Shown piece by piece: positions 12,040 through 24,484 of a stretch of DNA of 61,981 bases; position 1 is the first letter of the stretch, and each line of letters starts with the position of its first letter. Location: contig JAPETS010000075.1 in assembly GCA_026023565.1 (NCBI GenBank), positions 1 to 61,981 of the forward strand. Direction: 5' to 3'. A program made the translations under genes and the position numbers. The DNA is from Cirrosporium novae-zelandiae (taxonomy: Eukaryota). The notes under the pieces are model-generated. The model made no database searches and was not told the DNA's origin. It was given only the letters and a program-made list of their open reading frames with translations.

Positions 12040-14868
12040 ATGCCTCGTTCCACCGTTTCATATCAAGATTATTCCGCCCTTGACAACGACGATGACGATG
12101 ATCTCCAAAACTCCACCAGCAGTTTTAATATCCCTCAATCCCCCCTTCTTGCCCGTCGCCTACGATCAACTCGAACAAGCGATGTCGATCTTCGAAGTCG
12201 TTTGCCCGCCAGATTAGCTTTGGACGAGAGCTCGAGTTTGCTAGCTAATTCTGATATCCATCGATCATATGCAAGCAACCCTCCAACGCCTAGACAGAGA
12301 TTCTCGAGACATCATAGCGTGACTGGCAGCTTGCTGGCAAAACATCATAGTCGATCCGCCTCTTGGAATATCGCCTCAGGGCTCAATGCATTAAATTCAC
12401 ATAGGAGGGTGGGCCCTAATCCGCAGAATATGACAGCGTCAAAGGCCTCGCTTTTTGTTGATGAGCGAGTGTGGTATGATCAATTTACCTCGACAGACTG
12501 GGTTCATGACAGTATAGCGGATGGGTTCCGCGTTTTGAAACTACGAAGTAGAAAGGATATCCGAGGAAAAATATTGTCGTGGTTCGATGGCGCTCAGGGG
12601 TGGATACTTTCCGCCATCATTGGATGTCTCACGGCACTACTTGCATACTTTGTAGATGTCACGGAAAATTCAATCTTTGATCTGAAGGAAGGGTACTGTA
12701 CATCGGGATGGTACTTTAGCAAGCGAAAATGTTGCTTTTCCATGTCAAGTTGTGATGCATGGCGTTCTTGGTCCGAGGTTTTTTCGGACTCGTCAGTTGA
12801 CAATGAGTGGATTGATTTTACTGCATTTGTCATTGGTGTTGTCGTACTTGCATTAGCATCTTCCGTGTTGACTCTTTTCACGAAGACGGTAGTTCCATCG
12901 AACGTTCCCTTGTCTACTCTCGATGAGAATTTAGGGGCTGAACGACGCCAAACAACAGAGGATACGGAAGAAGAACTGGACCAGAAGCCTCACAGTCCAA
13001 CTACGTCAACCGGATCAGGGAACAGACCTGATATGGTATATTTTTCTGCAGCTGGGAGTGGGGTTGCCGAAGTGAAGGTGATACTCAGTGGTTTTGTGCT
13101 ACATGGGTATCTAGGATTGAAAACACTTGTACTAAAGACCTTGGGCCTCACCTTGAGTGTAAGTTCTGGCCTGAGTGTCGGCAAAGAAGGGCCGTACGTA
13201 CACATTGCAACCTGCATCGGAAACATTGCCTGCAGGATATTCTCCAAATATCATCATAATGATGCGAAAAGACGAGAGGTACTCAGTGCAAGTGCTGCCA
13301 GCGGTGTGGCCGTTGCATTCGGTGCCCCTATTGGAGGTGTTCTATTCAGTTTGGAGGAAGTGAGGTATGGAAAGACTTGATTAACATGGCGTTCCCAGCT
13401 AATTTTATCTAGTTATTATTTCCCTCCTAAAACTCTCTTCCGGACATTCTTTTCTTGCATTGTAGGTCTGATCCGATATCTTTGAGGTGTACGCTAACAA
13501 TACTAGGCTGCCGCATTGTCCCTGAAATTTCTTAATCCCTATGGAACCGGAAAAATCGTCATGTTCGAGATCCGTTACCTCGGTGACTGGCAGTTTTTCG
13601 AGATGGTGGTTTTTGTTCTCCTGGGTGTTTTAGGGGGTGGGCTCGGGGCACTGTTCATCAAAGCATCAAAATTCTGGGCCCAAACCTTCCGACGCATTCC
13701 AATAATCAAACGATGGCCGCTCCTGGAAGTTTTCTTGGTGGCTCTAATCACTGGAATCGTAAGCTTTTGGAACCGATATACCAAGTTGGCTGTTGCGGAG
13801 CTTCTGTATGAACTTGCCGCCCCTTGCGATGCAACATCGAAAACCGGTCTTTGTCCAGCAGCCGAGGAGATTCCCCACATTATTCGATATCTTTGTGTCG
13901 CCTTTATCATTAAGAGCTTACTCACCACCATCACTTTCGGTATCAAGGTTCCAGCTGGTATTTACGTCCCGTCTATGGTCGTTGGAGGTTTGATGGGACG
14001 AATTGTTGGTCACATGGTTCAATATTTGGTCATCAAATATCCCGATGCGGGTATCTTTGGGGGATGTCCTGTCGGTGGGGGTCCTGAATCATGCATCACA
14101 CCTGGTGTGTATGCCCTTATTGCTGCTGGAGCCACAATGTGCGGTGTAACACGACTCTCCGTCACTCTGGCTGTTATTCTGTTTGAACTTACAGGCAGTT
14201 TAAATCACGTTCTCCCGTTCTCCATCGCCGTCCTCGTCTCCAAGTGGACAGCTGACGCCCTGGAACCCCTAAGTATCTATGACCTTCTTACTGACATGAA
14301 TGCTTATCCTTTCCTTGATAACCGTCGACATCCGGTCTTTGTTACCGAATTGAAGGATATCACTCCTCACCCGCGCCAAGAGCGTCTTATCGACATTTCC
14401 TCTTCCCCCTTGGTACATGCGCCAGAACTCCGCCAAAAACTTGAATATGTCCACATGGCAGGCGAACTCGATGGCGGCCTGCCTATCATCAGAAATGGCA
14501 TTCTGGTTGGCTTAATCCCGGCACCAGACCTGGAATTTGCCCTGGATAAATTAGATGACGAGGAAAACGCGCTCTGCCTCATGGCCCCTAACATCCCATT
14601 CCTAGGGCCCGACCATATGGAAGGAGGTGGAGCAGGCTCCCCTGAAGATGGCTCGAATTTGAGTGTGGATCAGACCGACTTTACCCCCTACATTGATCCC
14701 GCACCAGTCACATTGGACATCCACAGTCCGATGGACTTGGTGTACCAGTGTTTCGTAAAGTTGGGGCTGAGATATATTTGCGTATTAAACCAAGGGTTGT
14801 ATGCCGGCATGGTGCATAAGAAAAGATTTGTAAAGTATGTGAAGGAACTGGAGGCGGAAGAGATTTAA
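12040..14868 (+). CDS. CLC-family chloride channel / Cl-/H+ exchanger (3 exons)
   Basis: GSGVAE, GKEGP (gating Glu), FGAPIGGVLFSLEE, GIYVP, IYD and a C-terminal CBS-type region. First ATG at 12040; introns ~13365-13411 and 13462-13506. Confidence 0.95.
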
Positions 14869-15198
14869 CTCGGACAAAACGAGCCTCCCAATTTTTATTT
14901 CTATTTAATCCCCTAATGCCGGCATATATGGTGGATGTCTCTTTTTTTCAAGCACCTATGAGCGAGCGTGCATGTTTGGCGTTATGTGAGAGCATCATTT
15001 CTTTCTTGAGGGTGATGGGATGAACAGGCATAGCAAAGCGTTTCTTATGCATTTTCAGTATATTGAATAGCATTAGGAACATAGTGGGGGGCCATTTAAT
15101 ATTGAAGGTTGGGATTTTGTGGATGATGATAGGCTGTAAAAAACATAGATTTACATAAGACCATGTTCACGCGTGCATTTGAGTTGTTGACTACGCTG

Positions 15199-15272
15199 GT
15201 AGAGAGAGTAGAGAGTAGAGAGTAGAGAGTAGAGAGTAGAGAGTAGAGAGTAGAGAGTAGAGAGTAGAGAGT
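15199..15272. repeat. (TAGAGAG)n heptamer minisatellite, about 10 copies
   Basis: Directly visible. Confidence 0.95.
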
Positions 15273-15799
15273 GTATTGTAGATATGGAGGTTCGGGGGTA
15301 TGGGATCATTTACGAAACGGAGGTCAACTTCCACAAAGGCAAAAAAACTGCAAGGAGCTGTCCTTGGACCCTCCACGCCCTCCAACCAACAACAACATCT
15401 TATCAATGTGCACAAACTTCAAAAATCAACCGACCACTTCCCGTCTTCCAATTACTGTGTCAGGAATCTGCGTAATTGTGTCATCGATACTACAATCCCA
15501 ACTTCTCCTCTCTTGGCTTTTCTTGCTAGCACCCGTACAAGCAGCTCACAGATCCCAGGTTCAATCCCCAGCGTATAGCTACCATATCCTGATAAGCCTC
15601 CCACGTCGTTCGATAATGTACAAAACCCCCAAGCGCTCAAGACCAGTCTGAAGTCACGCCATCTCTCATTCGAGTCTTGAATCCAAGTCTCGCAATCAGC
15701 TGATCCATAAAGTCTATAAAGTCCATAAGGTCCATACGGTCCTCCCTCAAATCGACCATATCCACCAACATTCCATCCATCACTCTCAATGCGCCTATC

Positions 15800-16714
15800 A
15801 TGACCTCACACCAAAACTCCACGACCAGCATGCCTCCAACGCCTCCCATATCCCTCACCCTCATTGTAGCCATGACGCCCTCGCACGGCATCGGAATCAA
15901 CGGGGGTCTCCCCTGGCCGCGCCTCTCCAAAGAAATGTCCTACTTTGCGCGCATGACGAAGCACCTTCCACCTTCACCTTCCCTCCCACTCCAAGCACTA
16001 CAAGACCTCACCATGGACGACGACAACGACCCTATAATCGAAAAAAAAAGCAATGCCATAATCATGGGCCGCAAAACCTGGCACTCCATCCCCCCCAAAC
16101 TCCGCCCCCTAAAAGACCGTATCAACATAATAATCTCGCATAACACCTCCTCCGTAGCCATCCCCTCACGCCTCATGTCCTCCCTCCACCCACCATCCCC
16201 CTCCCCCTCCCCGCGGCCCGGCTACCTCGAATCCCGCTCAAATTCTTCTTCTCCGCTCCCCAGCGTAGCTTCCGAAACCATGCGTCCCATGGCCCTCGCC
16301 GTCACCAGTCTCGATCACGCTATCCGTCAGCTCCAGTCCGAGGAACTCCAGCCCTATTTCTCGGGCCGTGCGTTCGTTATTGGGGGTGCGGAGATTTATA
16401 ACCTTGCACTTAAGACTGGGGTTGCGGATAGGATTCTTGCTACGCGGATTTATAGTGATCCGGAGTTTGAGTGCGATACTTGGTTTCCGGTTAAGTTGCC
16501 GGTGGGGATGGGTATAGGTATGAGGAACGGGGAAGGGGGAGGAGGGGTTAGGAATGGGAACGGGGGAGGTGGTGGGAGTGGGAGTGGGGAATGGGTGCGG
16601 AAAAGTGCAGAGGAGTTGGATATGTGGGTTGGGGAGCCGGGGGTCGCACCCGTGGGCGTGCAGAGGGATGGAGAGGATGTGGAATGGGAGGTGCAGATGT
16701 TTGAGAGGGGGTGA
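15800..16714 (+). CDS. DFR1: Dihydrofolate reductase with low-complexity insertions
   Basis: LIVAMT..GIGINGGLPWP.L..EMSYFAR.T, IIMGRKTWHSIP..RPLKDRINIIIS, FVIGGAEIY, ECDTWFP. Confidence 0.95.
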   Translation: MTSHQNSTTSMPPTPPISLTLIVAMTPSHGIGINGGLPWPRLSKEMSYFARMTKHLPPSPSLPLQALQDLTMDDDNDPIIEKKSNAIIMGRKTWHSIPPKLRPLKDRINIIISHNTSSVAIPSRLMSSLHPPSPSPSPRPGYLESRSNSSSPLPSVASETMRPMALAVTSLDHAIRQLQSEELQPYFSGRAFVIGGAEIYNLALKTGVADRILATRIYSDPEFECDTWFPVKLPVGMGIGMRNGEGGGGVRNGNGGGGGSGSGEWVRKSAEELDMWVGEPGVAPVGVQRDGEDVEWEVQMFERG

Positions 16715-16997
16715 TAAAATTGAGTGAGTGGGTGAGCTGCGTCAAGCTTCTTTCCTTCCTTCTTCTAGGATAAGAGAGAGGGAAGGGGGGGTCGGGGAGA
16801 CCCAAAAAAAAAAAGTAAAAAAAAACGGGTTTCCTTTTCCGTAAGTCATGAAATTTATGAAATTTATGTGACAGGATATGATATGGATGGGATGTGATTT
16901 GATACCTCTAATATCTATCTAGGTACCTAACTAATTCATCTATCTATCTAAGCTACAACTGCCATTATTTGATTTGGATTTAGATTTGGACTTTTGC

Positions 16998-17050
16998 ATA
17001 ATAATAATAATAATAATAATAATGATTCATTTTATTGTTTTATTGTCTAT
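16998..17050 (-). repeat. (AAT)n tract abutting the dispersed ATGATTCATTTTATTGT motif, copy 3
   Basis: Shares GATTCATTTTATTGT with 2839-2853, and ATTCATTTTATTGT with 24442-24455. Confidence 0.45.
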
Positions 17051-20000
17051 ACATATCTGTTTCTCGCCTTTATTTTTGGACTTGTATTTTGAATTTTGTG
17101 TTTCGTATGAAGTAGGGAATAGGGAATAGAAACATTTATCTTTTTTTTTAATTATATCAATATCAATATTTATTGAATAGCAACTCCAAACACACCTCTT
17201 TCCCACTTTCCCACTTTGTTACTTTCTCCCTTCCCTACCTAAACCAACCAAGTTAAAAAGGGGGGAACGTGCGTGGGGATAGTCTCTCTATCCGCTATAA
17301 TTACTTGAATACTTAAGTACCTACCTACTTGAGTAGGTAACTTGAGCGGATATAACCTATAAATTAACCCGGTGTTAGGTACCTAGGTATATATTTATAC
17401 TCCTTGGGTTGGAATGTTGGATATTAGATCATCTATACTATTCCTATCCCATCTATTAACACTTTTTTCCTACTTTCCCCACCTTACCTAAGCTAAGCAC
17501 AAAAAAAGGAACGTGCGTATACGTGGGGATAGATCCCTAGTTATTCGGTATGTAGGTAGGTATAGTATATAGTATGGTAAGGTAAGTAGGTGGGACATGT
17601 AAACCTAATGGCGAATGGTTAAGGGGTAATAGGATGAAGAGGGATAGGATGTCGGGGGATTGAAGGTTTGGTTGGGTAGTGAAGTAAATAGGTAATGGGA
17701 TTGGATATTTATATCAGGTTGGACATTTGGAAAGGGATATTAGAATTCAATCACCTGGATCTCTGGATCTCTATATTATCCTATCCTATCCCATTCCATT
17801 CACTTACTTACTTGCCCTACCTACACCCCAGTACCAACCCCCCCCCCCAAAAAAAAGGCTATTCTCATTTACAAATCTAATCCCTGATATCCCCCCCTAT
17901 AGTACCCTACCCCTTATTCTATATCAATCAATTAATCTTTCATTATTATTATTATATCTTATATCTTATATATCTTATATTTTATATACCTATATACCTA
18001 GGTAGATATAGAATGAATGAAGAATAAATGAATGTAAATTGATATATGAGTATAAGGAGGAGGAGGAGGGAGGAGGAATGAGAGTGTGAGGGAGAGTGAG
18101 GGAGGGAGTGTGAAGAGGGAGGAAAAGGGGGGGGGGGATCAAAACTAAACTTCCCTCCTCCAAAAAAAAGAAAAAAAAAGATTTATTTTTTCCTTTTATA
18201 GGTCATGAAATCATAAAATCTTTTATGAAATCTATATGAAATTTATATGATGGGATAGGGATGTTATATACCTTCTAATATCTTACCTACCCACCCACCT
18301 ATATCCACCTAATTTAGTCCTAAACTTCCCAACTTCCCAACTTCCTAACTCCCAACTTCAAACCTCAAACTTTCAAACTCCAAGTCCCACTTACATTTAG
18401 ACTTAATATTTTTTAACTTTTTTATAAATTCAAGAAAGATTTTTGTATTTTTTTTTTTTTTTTCGTATGGAAAGGAAAAGATTAAAGTAAAAACATAAAA
18501 AAAATAAAGGTAGAGAGAGGATAAGGGATAGATAGGAGGAGGAGGGATGAGGGAATGGGAATAGGAATATCCCTCGAGCCCTCTCTCTCTCTATCCCTCT
18601 TTTTCTATCTCTCTATACCCATCCCACCTCTCCCTCTCCCTCTCCATCTCCCTCTCCCTCCATCCTTCTGCCCATCCACTTTCCTCTCTCTCCCTCTCCA
18701 TCTCCCTCCATCCTTCTGCCCATCCCTTTTCCTTTCCCTCTCTCCATCCTTCTTCAACTCCCATTATCCGTCCCTCTTCCCATCCCTTTTTCCATCCATC
18801 TTCCCATCCATTTTCCCATCCCCAGCTCCATCGCCAACTCCATATCCACCTCCATATCCAAGCTAAATTTGTATTGCCCATTTTATAGGAATAGAATAGA
18901 AAAGAGAAGATAAGATGGATGGATGGATATTGATTGGGGGGGTTGAGATTATGGGATTTGGATGTGGATGTAGGTGGATGTAAATATAAGTCGATATGAA
19001 TATAGGTGGATATAGATGTAGGTGGATATTTGGAGACTGTTGTTGGGGGTTCAAGGTTAATGGATGTGGATGGGAGATGGGAATGGGATGAGATGGGGAT
19101 GGGATGAAATGGGGTTTTTATAGAAATAAAATAGAAAGTTTTGTGATTATGGGATTTGGTGTACCGTAGTTGTGCTGTACATGTACATGTACTTTACCTA
19201 GGTAAATTAGGTATTTCAACTACTTTCACGACGTTTCTCTTTCTATCACTATTTCTATCTCTAGTATATTGAAGGTTTGAAGGTTCGGGGTTCGGGTTGA
19301 GGGTAACCCATAACCATATTTATGTTTCATTTATAATTTTGTAAGTAGATAGTAGGCGAATGAATATCTATGCATGCCGACGGTAAAACATGAATCATCG
19401 TCATAACCATAACCCATATCATGTCCATCATATCTAATTAACCTGTACTAGGCGAACGTGCGTGCGTGCGTGCGTGCGTGCGGACAATAACAACAACAAG
19501 CAACCAATCCCCCTACCACCAACAACTCTCCCCCATTCCCATTCCCATTATTCCCATACCAATTCCCATTCTGATTCCCCCTATTACCACCCCTATTCCC
19601 ATTATTCCTATTCCAATAACTATTATCGCTATCGCAACCCCCAATTCCATTGGCTTTGCCAAATCCAGACCAAAACTATGGAGGTGAAAATCAGGCAAGT
19701 TAAAATGCAAAAGGTTAGGGGTGTGAGCGTCATTTGTTTATTTTTTATTTTTATTGATATTGACACTAACACTCGCACCACTCGCACCACAACCTCTCTA
19801 ATTCTGTAAGCTCTCACAATCCAATCCGGAAAAAAACTCTGCCTCTTTTCTTTCGAGTGGGCCTAAGAGTGGGTGAGCCCTACTGTATCACGCAGGTATT
19901 GTATTTGTATTTGTATTATATTGTATATCTGGTGAATAGTGGGTAATTTGAGATGAGGAAGGTATCTTAGATTAGATATGAGCTTGGCTGTGACGTGACG

Positions 20001-22594
20001 TCTCCAAATCTGGTAGTACTTTCGGATGAGCTTTTCGTTTCTTTTCATTTCATCGAATTGGGTCGGGTCGAGTTGGGTGAGGAGGGGGTAGGGCAGGTTG
20101 GTAGGGCAGGTTGGTAGCTAGAGAACTAGAACTAGAGAAATATATACCTTGGCAGGCGATGTGCCACTATCTTCCCATGGTGAGGGTCCCTTGCAAATGT
20201 TTATGATTTGCTTTGGTCGGTCTGAGATATGACTAACTACCCTTCCAGCCCCCGGTCAGTAAAGACAATGTTTTTTTTTTGAAAGTATGGTGATCTTGTA
20301 GCTGTTTTTTGGGTTTCGAGAATTGGTGTCGGTCATTTGATATGTAGGAGCTTAGAGATTTTGATAGGGGGGTTGTTATACGTCAGGTTCGCCCCAGGGC
20401 TGGATTTTGCGTGTGTGTATGAATGATTGAGCTTGTGGTGGTGGGTCGCTATCTGTAGCATGATGCGGGGAGCTTGCTCTTCCTTCGAGCTCCGGCGATA
20501 GCGAAATAGCGTTTGGGGGAGATTTTCTGATCTGCATAGCAGCCGTGGACCTGCATGATGGTGTACTGTACATTTGATGTTCTTTTTGTTTTGTTTCACG
20601 GTGGTGGGTGGTGGCGTACTAAAGTTCTGGGGGTTCGTACAGAGAAAAGCTCATGGCGGATGTTTCGATAATGCTTTAGAGTTGTACGATCCTCAATATT
20701 AGAAGTGATTCGTCGGCTAGTTCGGGGGTTCTCGGCTGTAGAGGATATAATAGTAGGCTTGGGAATACCTTTGTGGACTTTGGCTTGCGTCGGGAGCGCC
20801 ATCGCGCAGCCGCATGGCAGATCTATCAACCCCGCTCCTATCCCAATAACCAGACATTCATTCTGGTACAAGGCTGATTCCTGCAGGGTCTAAAGCGACT
20901 GGAAGTAGCATATCAAACCCATTCGAAATAGCAAGGATCTCATGAAACACCTTACTCACACACCACTCGCCGAGATATCCGCAGAACCATTCCCAATCCC
21001 CCAGATCGTGTGGATTTAACCACACAAACGCTTCCTTCTCTTACCAGTCAGAAAATATGTTCCCGTCTGTCGTCTAACCTCGGCCATTTTGACCTCCGGC
21101 CGAATCTGGTCAATATAGGCGGTGTTGATTTAGGCGTATGAGAAGGCTGGGCTCGCAGCAGCTGCTGCTACTAGCTGTTCAACCGTGAAGTGCCAGGGGT
21201 CGATAGCTGGGAGAGGCCAGTTAATGCCTTGATTGAGAGGCAAGCGCCAGATGGGATTTCATACTAGTTTTAGGTGTAGGAGATTATGTTGCATGTGCCC
21301 TCGGTGTCGAATCTGTAAATATTGCCTAGTTGACATTTAAGACAAGTCATGGTCAGAGCATATAGAAGACGAAGCCATGATGTTTCAACGAAGGGCGAGA
21401 GGAGAGGAGAGAGGTAGCGACGTAGTGGGTCATTGATCACTAGCTAAGCTGGCCCGTAGTATGCTGAGTAACGATGAAATTTGTTGACTTTAATATTACA
21501 CTTCTTTTATAATTGTTATGGTACTGGTAGCCAAGTTAAACAACAACTCATTGGGATCCGCTCTAGTTGACGGATACCTCACTGTATGTCCATTTAGCTT
21601 GGATGGTAAGAGTGCTAGCTTGCCTCTAGTAATAATATGATATTGATAATACTGAAGTTCGTAAATGTTTTATATATTCGCCATCACGCTTTTTATCTAG
21701 AATGCCTGGATGTTCAGGTGTTAAGTTGGTGAGTTATGGGTCAGACTATAAGCAAACACAAACAAACAGATGCAAACACAAGCAAACACCGTAAATAATT
21801 TGGACATGAAGAAGTACAACAAACATAGCAAACAATGTGGTTTATAACATTATGTTTCCATCTTATTCTATAACCACAACGATAATAATAGCCATAAGAT
21901 AGAAAAATATCTGTCTCTATATACATGACACGAAAAAAGAGTATTATTCTACAATGGACTATGCTATAGATTAAGACCAATGTCAAAGCAGGAATATGCT
22001 TGTGGTTTGCCTTCTCCTTGAGTTTCCTCTCGGCTCTCATCCTTTCTTCTCTTTTCCAGGTCGGGTCCATACTGAAACCGCTTCCTTTACACTCATCATC
22101 ATTTGGGGCGCCTGACCCCACTGCTTTTGAATTTTTTTTTCTTTGGTACTGAGCGAGGGTTTGAGAGTGGAATTGAGTATAAGGTGTATGTTCTCGGTCT
22201 CGGTAGTGATGTAATGATGTATATATTATAAGATTCCTAAATCTTATTCACCTTTGCGGTTTAAAGCTCGTCGGGGCTTGCTATTGTTATTGGGAGTTTA
22301 ACTTTTGTTTCTTAATCTTTTTGGTGCTGGGAGGCGTGATAATGTATTCTATGTGGAATATGACAGAAATGTGATCGCTGACTAGTACCCAGAGTCTAAG
22401 GCAGGAGCATAGCACGCAGCACAGGACAGAGTAAGAGGTTCTAGCAGGCAGTTTCAAATAGTATATATATGGGTCTTGAGTCCCTCTTTTCTTTCCTCCC
22501 CATCATCATCATCATCTTCAGTCTTCCTCATTACAATCCCTCCCTACGAATCTTCATCACCTTAACCTAACCAAACAAAAGACAAATCATCAAA

Positions 22595-23008
22595 ATGCGT
22601 CCAACTGCTGCCACCGTCGCATCCGCTGCCCTCGTCTCTGCTGCTCTCGTCGCGGCCAACCCACAACCCGCACCCACCAACATCAAGAACGACGAACTCG
22701 TCGAAGCCCTATCTCTCCAGGGCAAGTTTATGGCCGGGGAGCGTGCTGCCGAGACTGTGGTGGCTGAGGCCCCCAATGTCAGGCAAGTGGATGCCGTTCC
22801 CACCACTCTCCTTGTTGCAACAAGGTCCAAGAATCCCAAGGGGTGGCCTAAATGCCCCCCTACCACACCTTGGGATGGTTACGGCACCAACCCCGCCGAT
22901 TACTGCGACTTGGCTGTTGAGGTCTCCCAGGAGGAGTTGAACCTCATAGCCAGGAATGATCCGCGCAATCAAGCGCCCCAGAATAAGAAGGGATGTCCTT
23001 TTTTGTAG
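22595..23008 (+). CDS. Small secreted protein, 137 aa, 3 Cys, no recognised family
   Basis: CAAAATG start context, hydrophobic signal peptide ending in VAA-NP, coding-like codon usage, TATATATA at ~22463 followed by a pyrimidine-rich leader. Confidence 0.75.
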   Translation: MRPTAATVASAALVSAALVAANPQPAPTNIKNDELVEALSLQGKFMAGERAAETVVAEAPNVRQVDAVPTTLLVATRSKNPKGWPKCPPTTPWDGYGTNPADYCDLAVEVSQEELNLIARNDPRNQAPQNKKGCPFL

Positions 23009-24432
23009 TAGAAAGGGTGGGGTGTGCTATTTTTTAGGGGATGCAGAAGTATATTTATTAGTATTCTTTTACATCCACATAGCTAACAGACTTAGGTTCC
23101 TGATAAAGATGTTGCAGAGCACTGAGGGGATGGTGGGTTCTGGGTCTAAAAGTGGTCAGAATTAGTTGTGGGCCTGAGTTACAGATTACTGTTATTGTTG
23201 TTACTGTTAGTGCAAGTTGGCCTTTCGAGCACCTTAAAACAAGGTAAAGGAGTATTGCCTTTGATATCTACATTAACGGCGAATCTACTTTAAAGTGCAC
23301 TGTTGCCTTATGGGATACAAGATTTTTCCAAGGATGGATCCTCAGGGCAAAGAGATTGGGGTAATTGGTCCACGTCTCGTTAAGGAAGTGTTAGTCAGCT
23401 TGATTTTTAGATTGATATTGTAGCTTGGGATAAAAAAAACTTGAAAGGCAGCTGTCTGTTCGTGCCACTGTAATCGTGTGATCCTGTAATAGTTTGAAGT
23501 TTGTTATTTCTTTTGTTGCAGCAGTAGCTGTGGTAGTAGTAATGGCTAAATTTATCTGTTTTCATATAGTTGCTATAAAATACAAGGCTGTCATTTTGTT
23601 AAAAAATTATTCCCTTCTTTCTCTTTTTTTCTTCTTCGTCTACTTTATTTCCCCCTCCTTTTATTATTTTTCCCTTTAAATTCATTCATTCTTTAACTAT
23701 ATAAAATATACACGATTCTTCCCCCCTCCTCCTTTCTACCTCTACACATACATCCCCACATCAGACCCCCCTTTCCTCAAAGTAAAGTAGAAATGACATC
23801 TCATTCCACACAAGCAAATACCGAATAATTACATAATTCAATCCACATCCGAGGTTTAGATTTAGGTGTCTTCGGCTTGTCTACTTAATACCTAATTTGA
23901 AAACGAATCAGAAAATCTCGCCCCCTGAGGCGTTAGTTGATATACCTTATTGCGCCTTTTGGCACAATGGATGGGGTTTGTGTTTCGGTGAGAGGGTGGC
24001 GAGGGAGTTTCATGTGGTTGGTTTTGTGCCAGTTGGTTGTCTGGATATCTAGCACTTTCTAAGAAATATAAAATGTGATAAGATGGGGCGAATGATGGAT
24101 AGATTCATTGACCGATCAGTAAGACATATATATACATGTAAACGAATGAATGAGAGAGAGAGAAAATAAAATAACGTCATTATCGGTTTCTAAGTTTCTA
24201 TATGAAACGTTAGATTGGTAGGTAGGCAAGTAGGAAGAAGGAAAGGGAAAGGATGAGAAGCCGAAAAAAAAATATATATCTCATATCGGCTATAAGCATT
24301 CTTACTCATACAACCTTCGTTTCCCAAGGAACCGAGAACCAAAAAAACTGTGGAGAGAAAAAAGCCGAGAGAGGGGATGGGGGGGGATGCTTTCCTCCTT
24401 GAAGATTAATTTTTCTCTTTTCCTTTTTTGAT

Positions 24433-24484
24433 ATGATGATAATTCATTTTATTGTCCGCATGTCGCTTTCGGGCTATGGCGGAC
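24433..24484 (-). mobile_element. Putative LINE/SINE 3' tail with stem-loop, copy 2
   Basis: GTCCGC (24454-59) pairs with GCGGAC (24479-84); on the minus strand this is followed by AATAAA and a CAT-repeat tail. Confidence 0.45.

Noticed and set aside
920..16714. Cofactor/metabolic gene cluster (THI6, isochorismatase, esterase, DHFR)
   Set aside because: Unrelated housekeeping pathways interleaved with other genes; no backbone enzyme or regulator.
17695..19817. Short ORFs with IPIP, PSLF or WEW repeats
   Set aside because: Translations of microsatellite and purine/pyrimidine tracts, with no supporting gene structure.
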